This document shows, one piece after another, positions 38,097 through 52,000 of a DNA stretch of 63,885 bases. Source of the DNA: an uncultured Phycisphaerales bacterium (GTDB lineage Bacteria; Planctomycetota; Phycisphaerae; SM23-33); assembly GCA_965369385.1 (NCBI GenBank), contig CBDUQP010000003.1, forward strand, positions 1 to 63,885. Direction: 5' to 3'. The notes beneath the pieces were generated by a model. That model saw nothing but the letters and a program-made list of their open reading frames with translations, searched no databases and was not told where the DNA came from. Positions within the stretch are counted from its first letter, which is position 1; every line of letters begins with the position of its first letter. Made by a program: the position numbers and the translations under genes.

Positions 38097-38954
38097 TTAC
38101 TGCGGCGAATCGTTTTGCTGATTTGCCTTATCCTTGGGAGATGGCGAGCCCGTACCATCGGGCAAAGGCTTGCTGTTGGGGGTTATGACGCCGCCGCTAA
38201 CGGTGAATCGTAGCGCTTCATCTATACTGAAGGGCAGGTCCACTACATCACGGCGGCTTACAGTTATTGTGTAACCCGTAACCGGCATTGGACTTGACGG
38301 TATAAAGATCGTCAACATGTCGTTTTCGGGGTTTTGCAGCATGCTCATTCCGTCGGCAGTAACCAACCCGAGTGACCAGACGCCGATCCTGGGATATTGC
38401 ACAGCCACCACTTTTGAGAAATCCAGTTTCTTGTCGCTCAGGAGGAAGTCTGTCACCTGCTTGACCGAGGGGTAAACCTGTTTGATAAGTGGAACGCTGA
38501 AGAATGCTCGGTCAACAGTTCGCCACAAAGACTTGCCAATAAAGCTGGTTACGAACTTTCCGAAGAAGTAGATCAGGATGAACGCAAAGACGAATCCGGT
38601 CCACACCAGTCCGTAATTCGTCCAGATACCGTTAACGGTTATCCAGAGGTCGTCATTGCCTGCCCAGGTCCACTCAAGTTCCTGAAATAAGCCCATGATC
38701 TGCACGACAAGCCATTGCGCGGCTCGGTTGGTGTAGAGGGCTATGTACTCGTATACGAACTTGCAGACCCAGATGATTATTGAAATCGTCAGAACTGTAG
38801 GCAGAACCGCAGCCAAACCCCGAAGGAAAAATCGTCTGAAGTCTTGTATGAAACTATGTCGTCCCACTAATGGTCCTATCCGGGCGAATCGACTCGCCCA
38901 TGCTCGCTTCACCGACCTGCAACCAATTCTACGTTGAAGCTCAAGAGCTATCAA
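38097..38954 (-). CDS. DUF502-family membrane protein
   Basis: 'FLRGLAAVLPTVLTISIIIWV', 'PLIKQVYPSVKQV' and 'VAVQYPRIGVWSLGLVT...LTIFIPSSPMPVTGYTITVSRRDVVDLPFSIDEALRFTVSGG'. The start is uncertain (TTG at 38954). Confidence 0.75.
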   Translation of the reverse strand: MIALELQRRIGCRSVKRAWASRFARIGPLVGRHSFIQDFRRFFLRGLAAVLPTVLTISIIIWVCKFVYEYIALYTNRAAQWLVVQIMGLFQELEWTWAGNDDLWITVNGIWTNYGLVWTGFVFAFILIYFFGKFVTSFIGKSLWRTVDRAFFSVPLIKQVYPSVKQVTDFLLSDKKLDFSKVVAVQYPRIGVWSLGLVTADGMSMLQNPENDMLTIFIPSSPMPVTGYTITVSRRDVVDLPFSIDEALRFTVSGGVITPNSKPLPDGTGSPSPKDKANQQNDSPQ

Positions 38955-39248
38955 CCTTGCCCTGTGTCGCCAGCGCGATACAAATCTGGTTTACGCTGCT
39001 ACGTAAGGGGCAAGTGTTTTATTTAAAAAGGTTTATGTGTCAGTGAAGCTGCGTTATCCATAACGTTCTGCTGCCGCTGCAAATATCTTCTATCGCAAGG
39101 CAGTTGGTATCTTCTGGCCCGATCCACGGACTGTACACCGGTCAAGGCGGACACTTTTCAGGCAACCGCACCTCGGCCTACAAACAGTATATCGGTCAGG
39201 AAGCTGTTTGCATTACAATATACGGTACGATTTTGCCTATTTGCTTGT

Positions 39249-39767
39249 TCACGCATCGCAACGTTTGATGGACTTTATGATAATGGGCTCGGACGGGACG
39301 TTCTCGTGCATTCCCGTGGAGCACGTTTCGACCGTCCCGATTTCACCAAGCACATCCAGGCCATCGGACAGCTTTCCGAATACGCAATACCCGTATCCCT
39401 GAGGAGTTGTGGCTGTGTGATTCAGGAAATCGTTGTCAGCAAGATTCACGAAAAACTGGCTGGTTGCGCTGTCAACTTCCGTGGTTCTTGCCATTGCCAG
39501 CGTTCCGTGATCGTTACGAAGATCGCAAGTCGCTTCGTTTTTCACTGGTTTGCCGGTTTCCTTGTTTGTCATGTCGGCGGCGAATCCGCCACCCTGGATC
39601 ATAAAATTCTCTATGACGCGATGGAAGATCAAATCGTCATAATAGCCATCGTCCACGTAACTTAGGAAGTTGGCAACGGTTTCGGGCGCTTTGTCCGGCC
39701 AAAGCTCGGCCGTCATTGGTCCCATAGATGTTTCTATTACGACTTTGGGGCATTCTTTATTGGTCAT
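39249..39767 (-). CDS. ppiB: Cyclophilin-type peptidyl-prolyl cis-trans isomerase
   Basis: 'VVIETSMGPMTAELWPDKAPETVANFLSYVDDGYYDDLIFHRVIENFMIQGGGF...HGTLAMAR...ATSQFFVNL...LNHTATTPQGYGYCVFGKL'. Confidence 0.9.
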   Translation of the reverse strand: MTNKECPKVVIETSMGPMTAELWPDKAPETVANFLSYVDDGYYDDLIFHRVIENFMIQGGGFAADMTNKETGKPVKNEATCDLRNDHGTLAMARTTEVDSATSQFFVNLADNDFLNHTATTPQGYGYCVFGKLSDGLDVLGEIGTVETCSTGMHENVPSEPIIIKSIKRCDA

Positions 39768-40066
39768 GTCTGGTGTTCCTTTGTTGCCTCGACTGGCGAG
39801 GACCGCTGGAGTCTCTTATGTCGGTGGATGTTCATTTCTAATGGGCTATTACGGATTATTGCAGGCGAAGGAGCGAGGTGCAACTGCGATTTTTTGGCTG
39901 GTGGCGCAGGAGAGGGTGTTGCCGTCAGTGCGCACCCTTGACTTTGTATCGGTAATTTCCCATAATCAACTAGATTAACTCCACAAAAAAGATGGAAGAA
40001 GCTGCTGTTTGTTTTTGACACCCCTACCCCCTAGAAGCTGTCAGCCAACCCCTGGGAGAATACACG

Positions 40067-43000
40067 ATGTCCTTTTTTTCTTCTAACGATCCTCGTCGCA
40101 AGAGCCTGAGTCTGTCGCCAATGTGCTTTGAGAGTCTTGAGCAACGCCAAATGCTTACTACGCTGTTCGGCGGCGACGTGTTTGAATTCACGGCCCCGAA
40201 TAAAGGCACGCATGATCCCACCGACTACCTGACGGTCCGCGTGTCTCTCACGGGTGACATAATCGTTGAGCTCATTGGGTGTGATTTTGACGATCACAAC
40301 AACATAATTCTTGGCGACATCCCAGGTATGCTTTATCAGAGCGACATCGGGGTTGGCGGAACGCGGATTTTGGGAGGTATTGCTGGTGGGAGTGGTTCGC
40401 AGACCATGACTGGTGTTTCCATGCCGAGGCCTGCGGATGGGAGTACGAGTGAGAGCTGGGCCTACAACCCCGTCGAGAATAATGAACTGATCAACCTTCA
40501 GGGGCTGGCAAGCAGAGACGCACTCGCCCAAGGCGACACTTATGCTTTCAACGTTGCCTCATATGACAACGCAGCTGGTGACACGGTTACTGCTGTTCAG
40601 TTGACCAAGATACCCTCGCTGACCGGGAATCCGACGGCTACTGAAGAGGCTAATCTGGCTTCGCCCAAGTTGGATGGGTTCATTGCTAACCTGACCACCG
40701 GCGCGATTGACGGAGAAATCACCGGTTTCGCCATCAATCCTGTAACTGGGGTCGCATACGTGGTTGCCGATTCTCCCACAAATGGTCCCACGCTCTATAC
40801 TGTAGATCGCGATGATGGCACTGTTACGCTGATAGATGTCATCGGGCTAGCCGGCGTCGGTGGGAACAATCAGGCTATCGGTGGGATTCAGGCGATAGCA
40901 TTCAACGCTGCGGGGGATCTCTATGGGATCACCCGAGACTACGATGGTGATGCGACAGCCAATGCTTCTGCCCACATGGACGGGGAAACCGCGGCTACGC
41001 CCAGCCCTGCGTTTGACGCAGCCCTGGTCAAGATCAGCACGGCTACTGCCAAGTTCGACGGCGCTACCGAAGTGTTTGTTATCAAGGATGGGGGTTATGA
41101 CGTCGGATACGACTATTCGGCGATGGCATTTCATCCGGACAGCGGTGTGTTGTATGCTGCCGCCGTTACTCCCTCTGGCGGGACTTCGCTTCAGGTGTTC
41201 GGTAATACGACTGCTGACACCGTAGCCGTTACAGCTCCGAAGGTCATCAAGACGACCGAAGAAACTCCCGCCGATACGATTATTCAGGGGCTGACGTTCG
41301 CGAATAAGCCATCTGGTGGATGGTTCCTGCTCGGAACGGACAATCAGGCCACGACGAAATTGATGAGCATTGATTATCAGAGTGCTGCAGCCAACGCAAC
41401 GATACTGGGCGTCCTCGATGGGCCTTTCCGGGGTCTGGATTCTTATCTTGTCACTGGTGATACCAGAACACTCTTCGGAGTCAACACGAATCTTGGCACT
41501 GGTGTATCGTCGTTGTATCGCGGCACTGCCATGACTCTGACCCGTGCGGCGGGGGCGACGGTTGAGTCGATCCTGGGTGCTGACTTTATGCCCAGAACTG
41601 GTACTGTCAATGATGGTCGGCTGTTCTTTGTGTGTCGCCAAGCCAATGATACCGCCAGGTCGGACCTTCTGTATTCCGTCGACGTTGACGCAGGTGACGA
41701 CATAAGCATTCAGAACTCGCTGAAGTATCACGGCGAGATTTCGAATAGCGTGGACTTATCCGTCAGTTCAATTGCTTTCGAGGAATCGACAACAGGAGGC
41801 GCCAAGCTATACGGGTATCAATCCAGCGACGATGTTGCGCAGATTATCGAGATCAACCCGACAACAGGGAGTAGCTCAAGGGTTGGTTACGTCACGCAGG
41901 GAGGCGAGCCCCTCACCGGGATTACCGGGATTGAGTTTGTTGCTGACGATCCCCTCACGGAAGCTCAGGAATTGTATATGGTTACAACGGGGGATGAGGC
42001 ATCGTTGTACCGATTTAACCTTAATACTCACCAGACATACTTGGTTGGATCGGTAATCGACCAGGATGACTCTGACATAGTCTTGGGCACGGACGGTCCG
42101 ATTGCAGGTGCCGATCTTGGTGGGCTGGCATGGCAGCCGAATTATCTCAATCCGTTCACCGGAGAGTTTGGGGCGTTGATAGGTTCAGATGTTACCAGTG
42201 ACCAGTTGGTGGTGATTGACCACCGGGATCGTCCTCCGACATCCGACGTGTTTGCCATTCACATCAGCCAATCCAGCCCCGATGCTTCGATCTCCATGGG
42301 CATCGTGCCTAACTTCGATCCTGAGGATCCCACGGCCGAACGGTTGCTGGAACCTTTCGGCGAAAGTGTTGGCTTCATTCGCGTAACTTCCACTGATGGC
42401 GAGGAATACGAGGCCGTTGCCAATGGTGGCACCGGCGGGGTCTATATCGGAGGCAGAACTGAAGATATCTCGTCGGATATAGATGACGAAGATCTTATTC
42501 CGGTGATCATCGGCGACTTGTCGAAAGAGATTGGGGCCTGGCCAAGTAGTTGGGATCAACTGCCTGGCGATGACCACAACGATACCGTGGCTGGCGTTAC
42601 GGTTGCCGCAAGCGTGTTGGAGTATTTCACGCATACGACCGCTGGATTGACGACCTTGCCGGATCTTCAGGACAGGATGATCGGGAAGAACTTTGATTTG
42701 GTGTCTGAGATGGCCACCACCAGCGATGGAACGACTATTGTTGTTGACTCGGATCATATCGACGAAAACGGCAATCCTGTTAAGGACCAGATCGCCGAAA
42801 TAGACAACGCGACGGGCCAGATACAAGGCACGCCGGCATCAATAGTCGACGCAGTGACCTTGGCTCCTATTGACGGTGTTCAGGGGCTTGCTTACGCTGA
42901 CGATGGGAGTGGTGACGGTACTCAGGATTTGTACGCGATCCTTAATGTTGCCAGTAACATGCCGGTAGATGTGGGGAACGACGATCTTAGCATCCTCAAC

Positions 43001-46000
43001 CCGGCCTCCCCCCCCCCCTACATTGCCGCGCTTGAGAATCCCGTAGCTATCACAGCTGCGTCTGCTGGCATTGTGTACGCCATTGACGATGCAAATGGTG
43101 ATGATACCCTCTACAAGATGCACGGATGGGAGGTCAGAACGGATGGTACTCTGATTACAATGCCGTCTCGAGAAATCAAGAATTCGGCTGGCGAGGCTAT
43201 TACCAACATAAAGTCATTTGAGTACGATTCGACCACTGGCACCTTGTACTTCATTGGTGAGGATCCGACGACGTCGGAATTGCGTCTGTATACCCTGAAC
43301 CCATCCACCGGAGAGACTTCGGACGGGCAGCCGCTTGTCCCAGGCGCCGGCGTGATAGCAGATTATCGTGACTTCCGTGGCTTGGCTTTTGTGGAAGGCA
43401 CGCTGTACGCTGCCGGGTGGCACACTGCTGATGCCAACGGGACAACGCTGTTCGAGCTTGATATCGCCACTGGTGATCTCACCAACTTGGGCAAAATTAC
43501 AGTCGGAGGAGTAGACACTCCTGAGATCGCCGAGATGGACGTCGATGGATCGGGCCGTCTCGTAGCCGTTGACAGCGACGACAATCGGCTGATCTTCGTG
43601 AATCTCACAGATGCTACTCTCTCGATAGAGAGTACTTCTGCCGGTTCGGTAGATGCTGATTTGCACGGTTATGCTTCTGACAACGATGGATTGTTCTACT
43701 CGATCATGGACCCCGGCGGCGCAGCCTTCGAAGAAATATGGGTAAGCGAAGGCGATTTGCCGACTCTTGGCAAATTGGTGTTCGATGCTGGCCAAAACCA
43801 TTGGTTATTCACTGAGATCAATACCTTGGACGGCGGCAGCATCACAGGCGTGAAGGCGATGGCGTTCACAGGCAACGGCAGTGATGGTGATACTCTCCAG
43901 GATTTGTTCGTGATTGACTCGCTCAATCAGCTTCACCAGATAAATCCTGCCAACGGGGATATCGTGCATACTTATGGAGAGGTGATTGATACGGATAAGA
44001 TCCTGTTTGATGAGTTCGGGGTGGCCATCGTTGGCTCGGGGGTGATCAACATTGGCTCGATGGACTTCGATGGGGAAGGCAGGTTGTTTGGTCATGATGT
44101 TGGTTTCGGCCGGTTGGTGACCATCAGCACCGAGATCGGTGGTGGGGCGTGGGTGGGTTATGATGATCCTGTTACCCCGACTGCGGGTACTTTTGAAAGC
44201 AGCGATGCTTCGTTCCGTCCTACCGTAGGGGCGATGTCGTATGATGGCTCAACACAAAGGTTCCTGGCGGTTGACAACATAACGGGCTCTCTTGCAACCA
44301 GTCCCGGTGAGTCGGCGACGCTGATGGTCGTTAAGGGCAACAATGTCTCGAACACCGACGAGACCGTGGAATTCACCCAAGACGCAACCCAAGACATAAA
44401 CAATATCCTGATTGGCGGGACGGTAACCGGTGAAGTGCACATTTCCGGTTCGATCAATACTTTCTATGCGGGCTGGCTTCTGACGGGTGATGTGAGCGGC
44501 CTTGGCAGCGGCTCGTTTCCGCTGAACTTTACCGTTGGCGGCGACATTCTGAATCTTATCGTGTCGGATGACATAGGTACTTCGGGCTCGTATCTCGAAG
44601 ACGAAGACGTGACCGAATTGACGTACGCGACAGAGTTTGATATGCATGTCATGGGCAAGATCGGGCAGGTCTGGTCCATGGGTACCATATGTGGTGAGAT
44701 TAGTGCAGAGAACAACGATGACGTCGGTGGTTTCACCAGGGATGCATTCGTGAATGGTCCTGTGAATGTTCTTGGGTACACAGAGGTGGAGTCGAAGGAT
44801 TCGTTGCCCGATGGGCCAGAGTCTGGGCGGGAGGACTATGCATTTGGAACCTTGTTCAGGCTTCATGCCGGGGATGGAAGGTTCGATAACGACACCATTG
44901 AAACGGCTCAGTACGTCGGTACCATGCGTCAGAATGGCCCCGACGATCCGGACCAGATCGTTATCGCTGGTCTTGGTGGGACAGACTATTTCTCGTTCGG
45001 CCTCCTTGGCGGACAAACGATCGAGATTCTGGCAAGCAACATTGAGATGCTCGAGTTGTACGATCCGGATGGAAGGCTGATCGCGACCAACCAAGAGAAT
45101 ATCGACGACGATTTTGTGAACACTGTTAATGATCGCAACACGATACGTCTGACAGTCGACAGGCCGGGCATCTATACAGTTGGAGCCCAAACTGATGTTC
45201 TTTACGCGGTGACCATCAACGATGTTGGCGAAGTTGCAATTGGTGCAGTTCGTGCCGATAAAGACCTGTATAATTCTTCGGGTACAATGGTTGGAGTCCA
45301 ATCCGATCATGGTGTGAATCGCTCCGGAGATGTTGGCGTGGTCAAGGCCGGGAATTATATCATATCGGTAGGCGGAGGTGTGGATATTGAAGTTACCGAT
45401 GGAAACCTCCGTGCGATGACGGCAACTCGAATTGGCGTCACTTGGGAAGGCGAGATCAAACCCGAGGATGGAAAGCCCTGCAAAGTGAACGTGCATGCCA
45501 GCGGCGATGTTGGTCTGATCCTGTCGTCCGAAGCAATAACCGGAGAGCTCGACGAAGGCGCGATGGTGCTGGAGGCTACGGTTGGCGGCAATATGCAGGT
45601 AATCGATGCAGCCGGGGAGCTTGTCATAGAGGCCGATGTCGACAAGGGGATTGGCGTCATTCGTGCCGGCAGCATAGTGGACGACGATGCCTACATCAAT
45701 GTCAATAGGGACAATGACGGTCAGGATGGCATAATAGATCTGATCGATATAGAGGGTGATTTAACAGGGCTCCCAATAACCACCGGAGCAGGCGGTAATG
45801 TTCGATATATGCGTGTGGGCGGCAATATCAGGCAGACCGAATTGTTCGGCGGTTCGAATATGGCAACTACGGTAACGCTTGAACCGGGCCAGAGCCTCGC
45901 GGATTATTATAATGGTCTCGGTTTTGTTGATGATTCCGGCACGACGATCAATATTGCTCCAATTGATTCGATAACAGGCGAGCAATCCGAGACCGCCCAA

Positions 46001-49000
46001 ATGGTACTCAGGTATTTCGGCATTCTCGGATCTGGTGGCGCAGTTCTCGTGGACATTACGTGCAGCACCAGCGTTGAAATCACGGCGTACGACTCGGGTT
46101 TGGGGAACTTCGTAGAAATCGGCAAGATCGATCTGACCGGCGCAGCGGGGCAGGCGACTATCACTAATGCTAATGGTGACGCCATGCTTGATGAGAGCGG
46201 AACTACTCTTACTGTAGAGATATTAGGAAACTGCTCCGTTGATGTGCTCGAAATCGTCGGAGGTGAGTTCACCAGTATCAAGAATAAGAGTGGATCGTTG
46301 GATCACTATGGGGACGCAGGCGAGATCGTAAGTGTTACCGCCACTTCAATAGGACTGCTGAGTTCTCGTGGGAACATAGGTATCGCCCGGTCGCATACTG
46401 GGACGGTCATTAATCCTCGGGCGATAGTATCTGGCGGCAATAGCTACCCATTCGTGCAGCAGCATACAGGTATTGTGGCCGGTAATATCGGCGATATTGT
46501 CTCCCACAAGGCTATCGGTAACATTATCAGCTCGGGTACGATCGGACGTGTTTATGCCAACTACGAGAATACTGTCGATCATATGGCCGAGCTTGGCGAG
46601 CTGGACGCGATAGGTCAATACCACGGCATAGTTGCCCCGATTCTTGCGGCCACGCGGATTCATTCCGTGAATATCGGCGAAGGCATTGCCCCGACCGGCA
46701 GCGGGTCTGTTGGTTTCGCGGGTCTGTTCTCGCCGGGAACAATTGGTACGGTACGTAATCAGGGTTCGGGTTCGGATATCTACGGCGATATCGTTGGTAC
46801 AGGCGGTGTCGAGAAGATCATCCTAATCAACGGTTCGTTGATAGATACAAACGTGATGACTGTTTCCCTCGGCCATAACATCGAAGATAGGCCGGAGGAT
46901 GGATGGCTTTCTGGTGATATCGGCATGATATCGATAACCGGTGACGGTGGCATAATCGGCACCTACTTCCTTGCGATTAATATCGGTAATACAACCGTCA
47001 GGGGCGGGCTTGGTATTGTAAACTCGCTCTATCAGGTCACTGGTGGTGGAAGCTCCATCGGTAACATAACGGTTACATCGGGCATTATCCGGGATGTTTC
47101 TCTCGAGAACGCCACGCACGTTGGCAATGTCACTGCCCGTGGTATGGGCAGCACCGTTCCGGTGGCCGAGCTATCTTCGGCGTTGCGTTACAGCGGCGAC
47201 GCTGACTACGCCTATAACCCGCTGTTTGGTTTTGTCCATCGTACTACAAACGATATCCATTTCGACCTTGCCGGCGGGGCAGCGCCCACTCTGACGTCTG
47301 GATATATCAAGAAGTTCAAGCTCCATGGTATGGGGGATATGGATTTTCTGAGGGGCTATCACGTAGAGGAATGCGAGATCTTCGTCACGAATATGTTCAG
47401 GGGCGTCAGGACCGTCACGGATATGGACGAATTCAGGGGCAGCGTGATCAGGGCGGGGCGCCTGGGCTCTATGGAGATCGGTGGTAACTTTGGTTCTGTG
47501 GTGGCTGTTCCTGATGTTACGGTCGCAGGGCAGATCGACCGGATAGTCGTTGGCGGGGATTGGGCAAGGGCCCGGGTGGAAGCCCAGGGACCGAACGGTA
47601 ATATCGTCTACATTAGGATTGATGGCGAAATGCTTTCTGGGAGTGTCAAGGCCACCGGAAAAATTGGCACGTTCATTGTTGGCGGTGACATGCATGGCAA
47701 TCTGGAAGTTACTTCCGATGGCAAGTATGCCATCAAGACGTTCAAGGTTGGTGGTTCGCTTACTGGCAATGTTATCTTCAATGGTAATGTTGGACTGTTG
47801 GACTTCCCCCAAACTTTGGGAGCGCCCGGTGGTTCTCTGTATGTAACGGGGAATCTTAACCGTCTGAGAGTTGGCAGCAGCAGGACTCTGGTTCCGGTGA
47901 GTTTGTCTTTGAATCTCACTGTGCTCGGAGATCTCAAAACACTGGACGTAACTGGCGAGATTGTTGGTGATATTTTAGTTCAAGGTGATCTTGGTTCGAT
48001 TATTGTGAAAAGCGATGCCGCCAGTGCGGGCACCAGTATCATAGATGGAACAATAACCGTTCTCGGTACGCTCGGGACCGTCAAGGTTACCGGAGGCGAC
48101 ATCGACGGCGATATTATTGTGGCATCCGACATAAGGTCATTCACGATTACCGATGGCGACTTGTCGGCCACCGGTATGGTGATGAGTTCCTTCGGCAATA
48201 TTGCCTCGTTCATGATTCGCGGCGGCGATCTGCTTGGCCAGGTCCTCGCGGATAACGGAATGATTGGCAGGTTGTCAGTTCTTGGGTCTGACCTTGGCGC
48301 AGCCAGCGTCATTCGCTCCGAAGAACTCGGTACGATGACGATTGACGGAAGCATCCTTGCAGGTGCTGAGGTGACGGTTTCCGGAGCAGTCAAATCGATC
48401 AAGATCGGACAGGATCTTGTCGGGACAGTAGCTTTGGGTTCTGTCGGTACGATGAGTATTGGTCGAGACCTACAGGGAAGCTTAACCTCCGGTTACGTGA
48501 GCAGAGGCACCAGGCTGACAGTGGGTGGGGATCTCGCTGGTGTGGTGGATATAGATGCTGATACCAGGTTGATGGTTCGCGGCGACACGACAGCCGCATC
48601 GACTATGTTGTTCGGGCGAGGCTTGACGTCGGCCAAGTTCTATGGCGAGGTAGGCGGGCGGCTCATTGTGGATGAAGCGATTGGTAGCTTCCAAGCTGCG
48701 TCCTTGAAGAGTGCTGTCGTAACCAGTGGTTTTGATATCAAGAGTTTTGCGGTCAGGGGCAATGTAGATGAATCCTTCCTGCAGGCCGGCACAAGCAGTG
48801 GCGAAGATGGAACGTTTGGTACGGACGATCTGCACGAAGACAGCCGCATGGGACAAATATCGAGCTTGACTATCGGCGGCACAATGACGAATTCAGTGTT
48901 TGCCGCAGGCGGTGATATCGGTCGGGCCACCGTGTCTGGCGGAATGACCAATAGCTCGATATCGAGCGGTTTTGCAGCGGATTCGGATGCCATTGCAGTG

Positions 49001-52000
49001 GTATATCTTGATGCGACTCCTCTGGGGGACGCTGCAGAACGGAATGCGGCACGTGCGGGTGCGGGCCGATCTCTGTTTAACGGCGACGTTGGTTCGGTTA
49101 CCGTTGGCGGGACCGGCATGGTGGGAAGCTATCTTACTGCGGGCGTGGATCCGGGTGATGATGGCGTCTTTGGCGTTGGAGCCGGCGCTAATGCTGATAA
49201 CGTTGTAACCTCCGTCACTGGCGGCCAGAGCAGGTTTAGCTCGGTACGCACCGTGGCTGATGCCGCTTCATATGTGCTCGCCGATACTGGCATAGGACGT
49301 AACGGCATCACAGGTGCAGGTGCTGCCAATACGGATGTTGATGTCACCTATGATGTTAATGCTAACGCACTGTCTGCCAACCATGCTCTTGAGGCGGTTG
49401 TAGGCGTAGCTGAGAATCCGGTAGTCGGTGCCTCGTTCGTCTATCACGGTATGACCATAACTGTTCGTGGCAATGGGCAGGTTGTCGTGCGTGATGGCGG
49501 CGGCGATGCAGATAAGATAGATACACTCGTTCTTATAGGAACAGACAGCAGGACCACGATCAGCATCGTATCCGATGTTCCCGGAACCAAGTCGATCTGT
49601 CGAATACTGACAGCCGACGATTCGACAGTGGGTACGTTGACGTTCGATGGCGATATTACCGGCGACAATGGCGGCGACAATGATGATCCCGCACTGTGGA
49701 TTGACGGAAACATCAAGACGCTCGCCTTCCGTGCAATGGTTGATGATGACACTACATCAGGGCGTTGGAATGGCAGAATCGGCGGCGATATTGGCAGCCT
49801 GGAACTTGAGACGCAGGGCGCAGGCAGGCTCAGGATCGGCGGCGAAGCCAGGAAGATCAGCATCACCGACAGCGTTGGCGATGTGCTTCTCGTAACAGAT
49901 GCCGCAGCGCCGGCGGCCGGGACGTTTGATACCGCAACGTCAATGGCCATCGACGGCGTTGCGAAGTGGATATATGACGGCACGAACCTGAAGGACCTAG
50001 CAGGCACCGAGGACAACGTGGTTTCTGACGCTTACAGAGGCTCGGCCCTGGTGGTTAATGGACTCCGCGGAATGGACTTCTCGGGCGGGACACTTTATGC
50101 GGTGGTGAATACCACACCTGTAAGTCCGACGGTTGTTGTGAGCGATGCGATTAGCGATTCAGCGGATGGCTTGCGATGTCTAACCGATATTGGTAGCGAC
50201 ACGATTGTCGGTATCGAGACATCGGATAACAGGGACTATCTCGTCAACTATGACACCACCACCGGTGTTACTACCCGAATCGGGCAGCTTCGAGATATCT
50301 TCAACAATACCTACAACCAAGAAGTCCTGGCGATGGCATACAGCAATAGCACTCAGAAGTTGTATGCCTTGGTTTCGGATCGTGATGGTAGCGGAACTCT
50401 ACACTCCGATGCAGATGGCGTGGCGCTGGTGGCGATAGCGACCGAAACCGATGGCGGAGGCAAGATCAGGGTAACCAGTCCGACCAATGACTATCGTGCC
50501 GGTCTGTTCGTCGATGGCGGCGGGGAGACCAATGACTTCACCGCCATGGCGGTGAAGCCTAACGGCACTGTGTATGCCATTCGTCGCAATGGTGCAAGCG
50601 ACGAGCTTGTGACTCTCAATGTGACCACGGGTAACATAACGTCTACCAACACGGTACAATTGCCGGGTGGGGTTGACACCGACATTGTCGGCATGGCGTT
50701 TGACATCACGAACGGTAACAAACTGATTGCTTTCAATAACGATGGTGCCAGTGCGGGCATGATCGAGATCAGCACTGCAGACGGCAGTGCGATTGAAATC
50801 GTACCGAGCGGAGTGCTTGACGCGGCTATTGATGGATTCACGATTGGCAATAGCGGAACCGGATATGCGTTTGATACTGCTGGTTCGGGTTCGTTCTACA
50901 AGAGCCCGGGGTTGCAGCAGACTTTCGGTACTCTGGATACAACCAATGGCGATTTCACTTGGTGGAAGGCCCTGGAGCAGGACGACAGCGGAACACCGCT
51001 GGAGTCTGTTGTTGTTGACATGGCCGTTGATGCAAATGATACAGGTGACGTATTCGTCCTGACTGCCGATGGCAATCTGTGGAGGTATGCTATTGCCGAG
51101 GGCGATCTCGTAGGTGGCGTTGCGATTGGGACAATTGTTGATGTGAATACGGGTGAAGCACTCGATATACGATCGTTCGATTTCGACGACAATGACGATC
51201 TCGTGGGATTGGACGCCAACAATGGACGCGTTGTTCGGATTAACAAAGCAACGGCGGCTGCGACGGTTCTGTTTGAAGCGGGTGTGGTTGACCCGGACGA
51301 TCTGACCGCATTTGCCTCAAATGCAGCAGGCACTACATTCTATGCCTTCAGTAATTCAGCAGACAATTTCTTTGGTTTGGCTGGCTTGAACCAGAGTGCT
51401 CTTGCGGGTATTACTGTCGAGAGCGTAGGTACATTGACGCTTGGCGGTGGAGCCCAGTATGGCGGTAGAGTTGTTGCCACTGGTAACACCTTCAAGACCG
51501 TCAAAGTCACGGGACCGTTTAACGGCAGGGTGGTTACCGTTGGCGACATTAACAGATTCTCCATGACCGGACATTTCGGCGGATCGCTAATCGCAGGCGG
51601 AAGTATAAAGAGTGTTTCCATTAAGGGCGGTGATTTCCAGGTTGGCGGTTCGGTGATAGCTCGTGGGGATCTGAAATCATTGAGCCTTTCCGGCGGCAAC
51701 TTTAGTGGTGTAATTTCTGCCCAGACTGCCGGTAACGTAAGAGTTTCCGGCGCAGCACTGGCGGAGGCCAGAGTGTTTGTGACGGATATGGCGAACACCA
51801 TAATGTTCAATGGCGCGTTTAGCGGGCAGATGACATTGGGTTCCGCAAAGAGCATTACTATAGGTGGACAACTCGCGTCGGACGAAGCAAGTATTACCGT
51901 GAATGGCAAAACCGGCAAGTTGTCCATTAAGGGCGGAACGATTGCCGATTCACTCGTGTTGCTTGATGGATATGTCCGATCGTTGCAGTTGGGTGGAACG

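Noticed and set aside
44249-45496. 415-aa ORF on the - strand inside the 4317-aa gene (and many similar ones at 40.8-52.4 kb)
   Set aside because: These are shadow ORFs of the giant + strand CDS. None has an RBS, motifs or an independent terminator.
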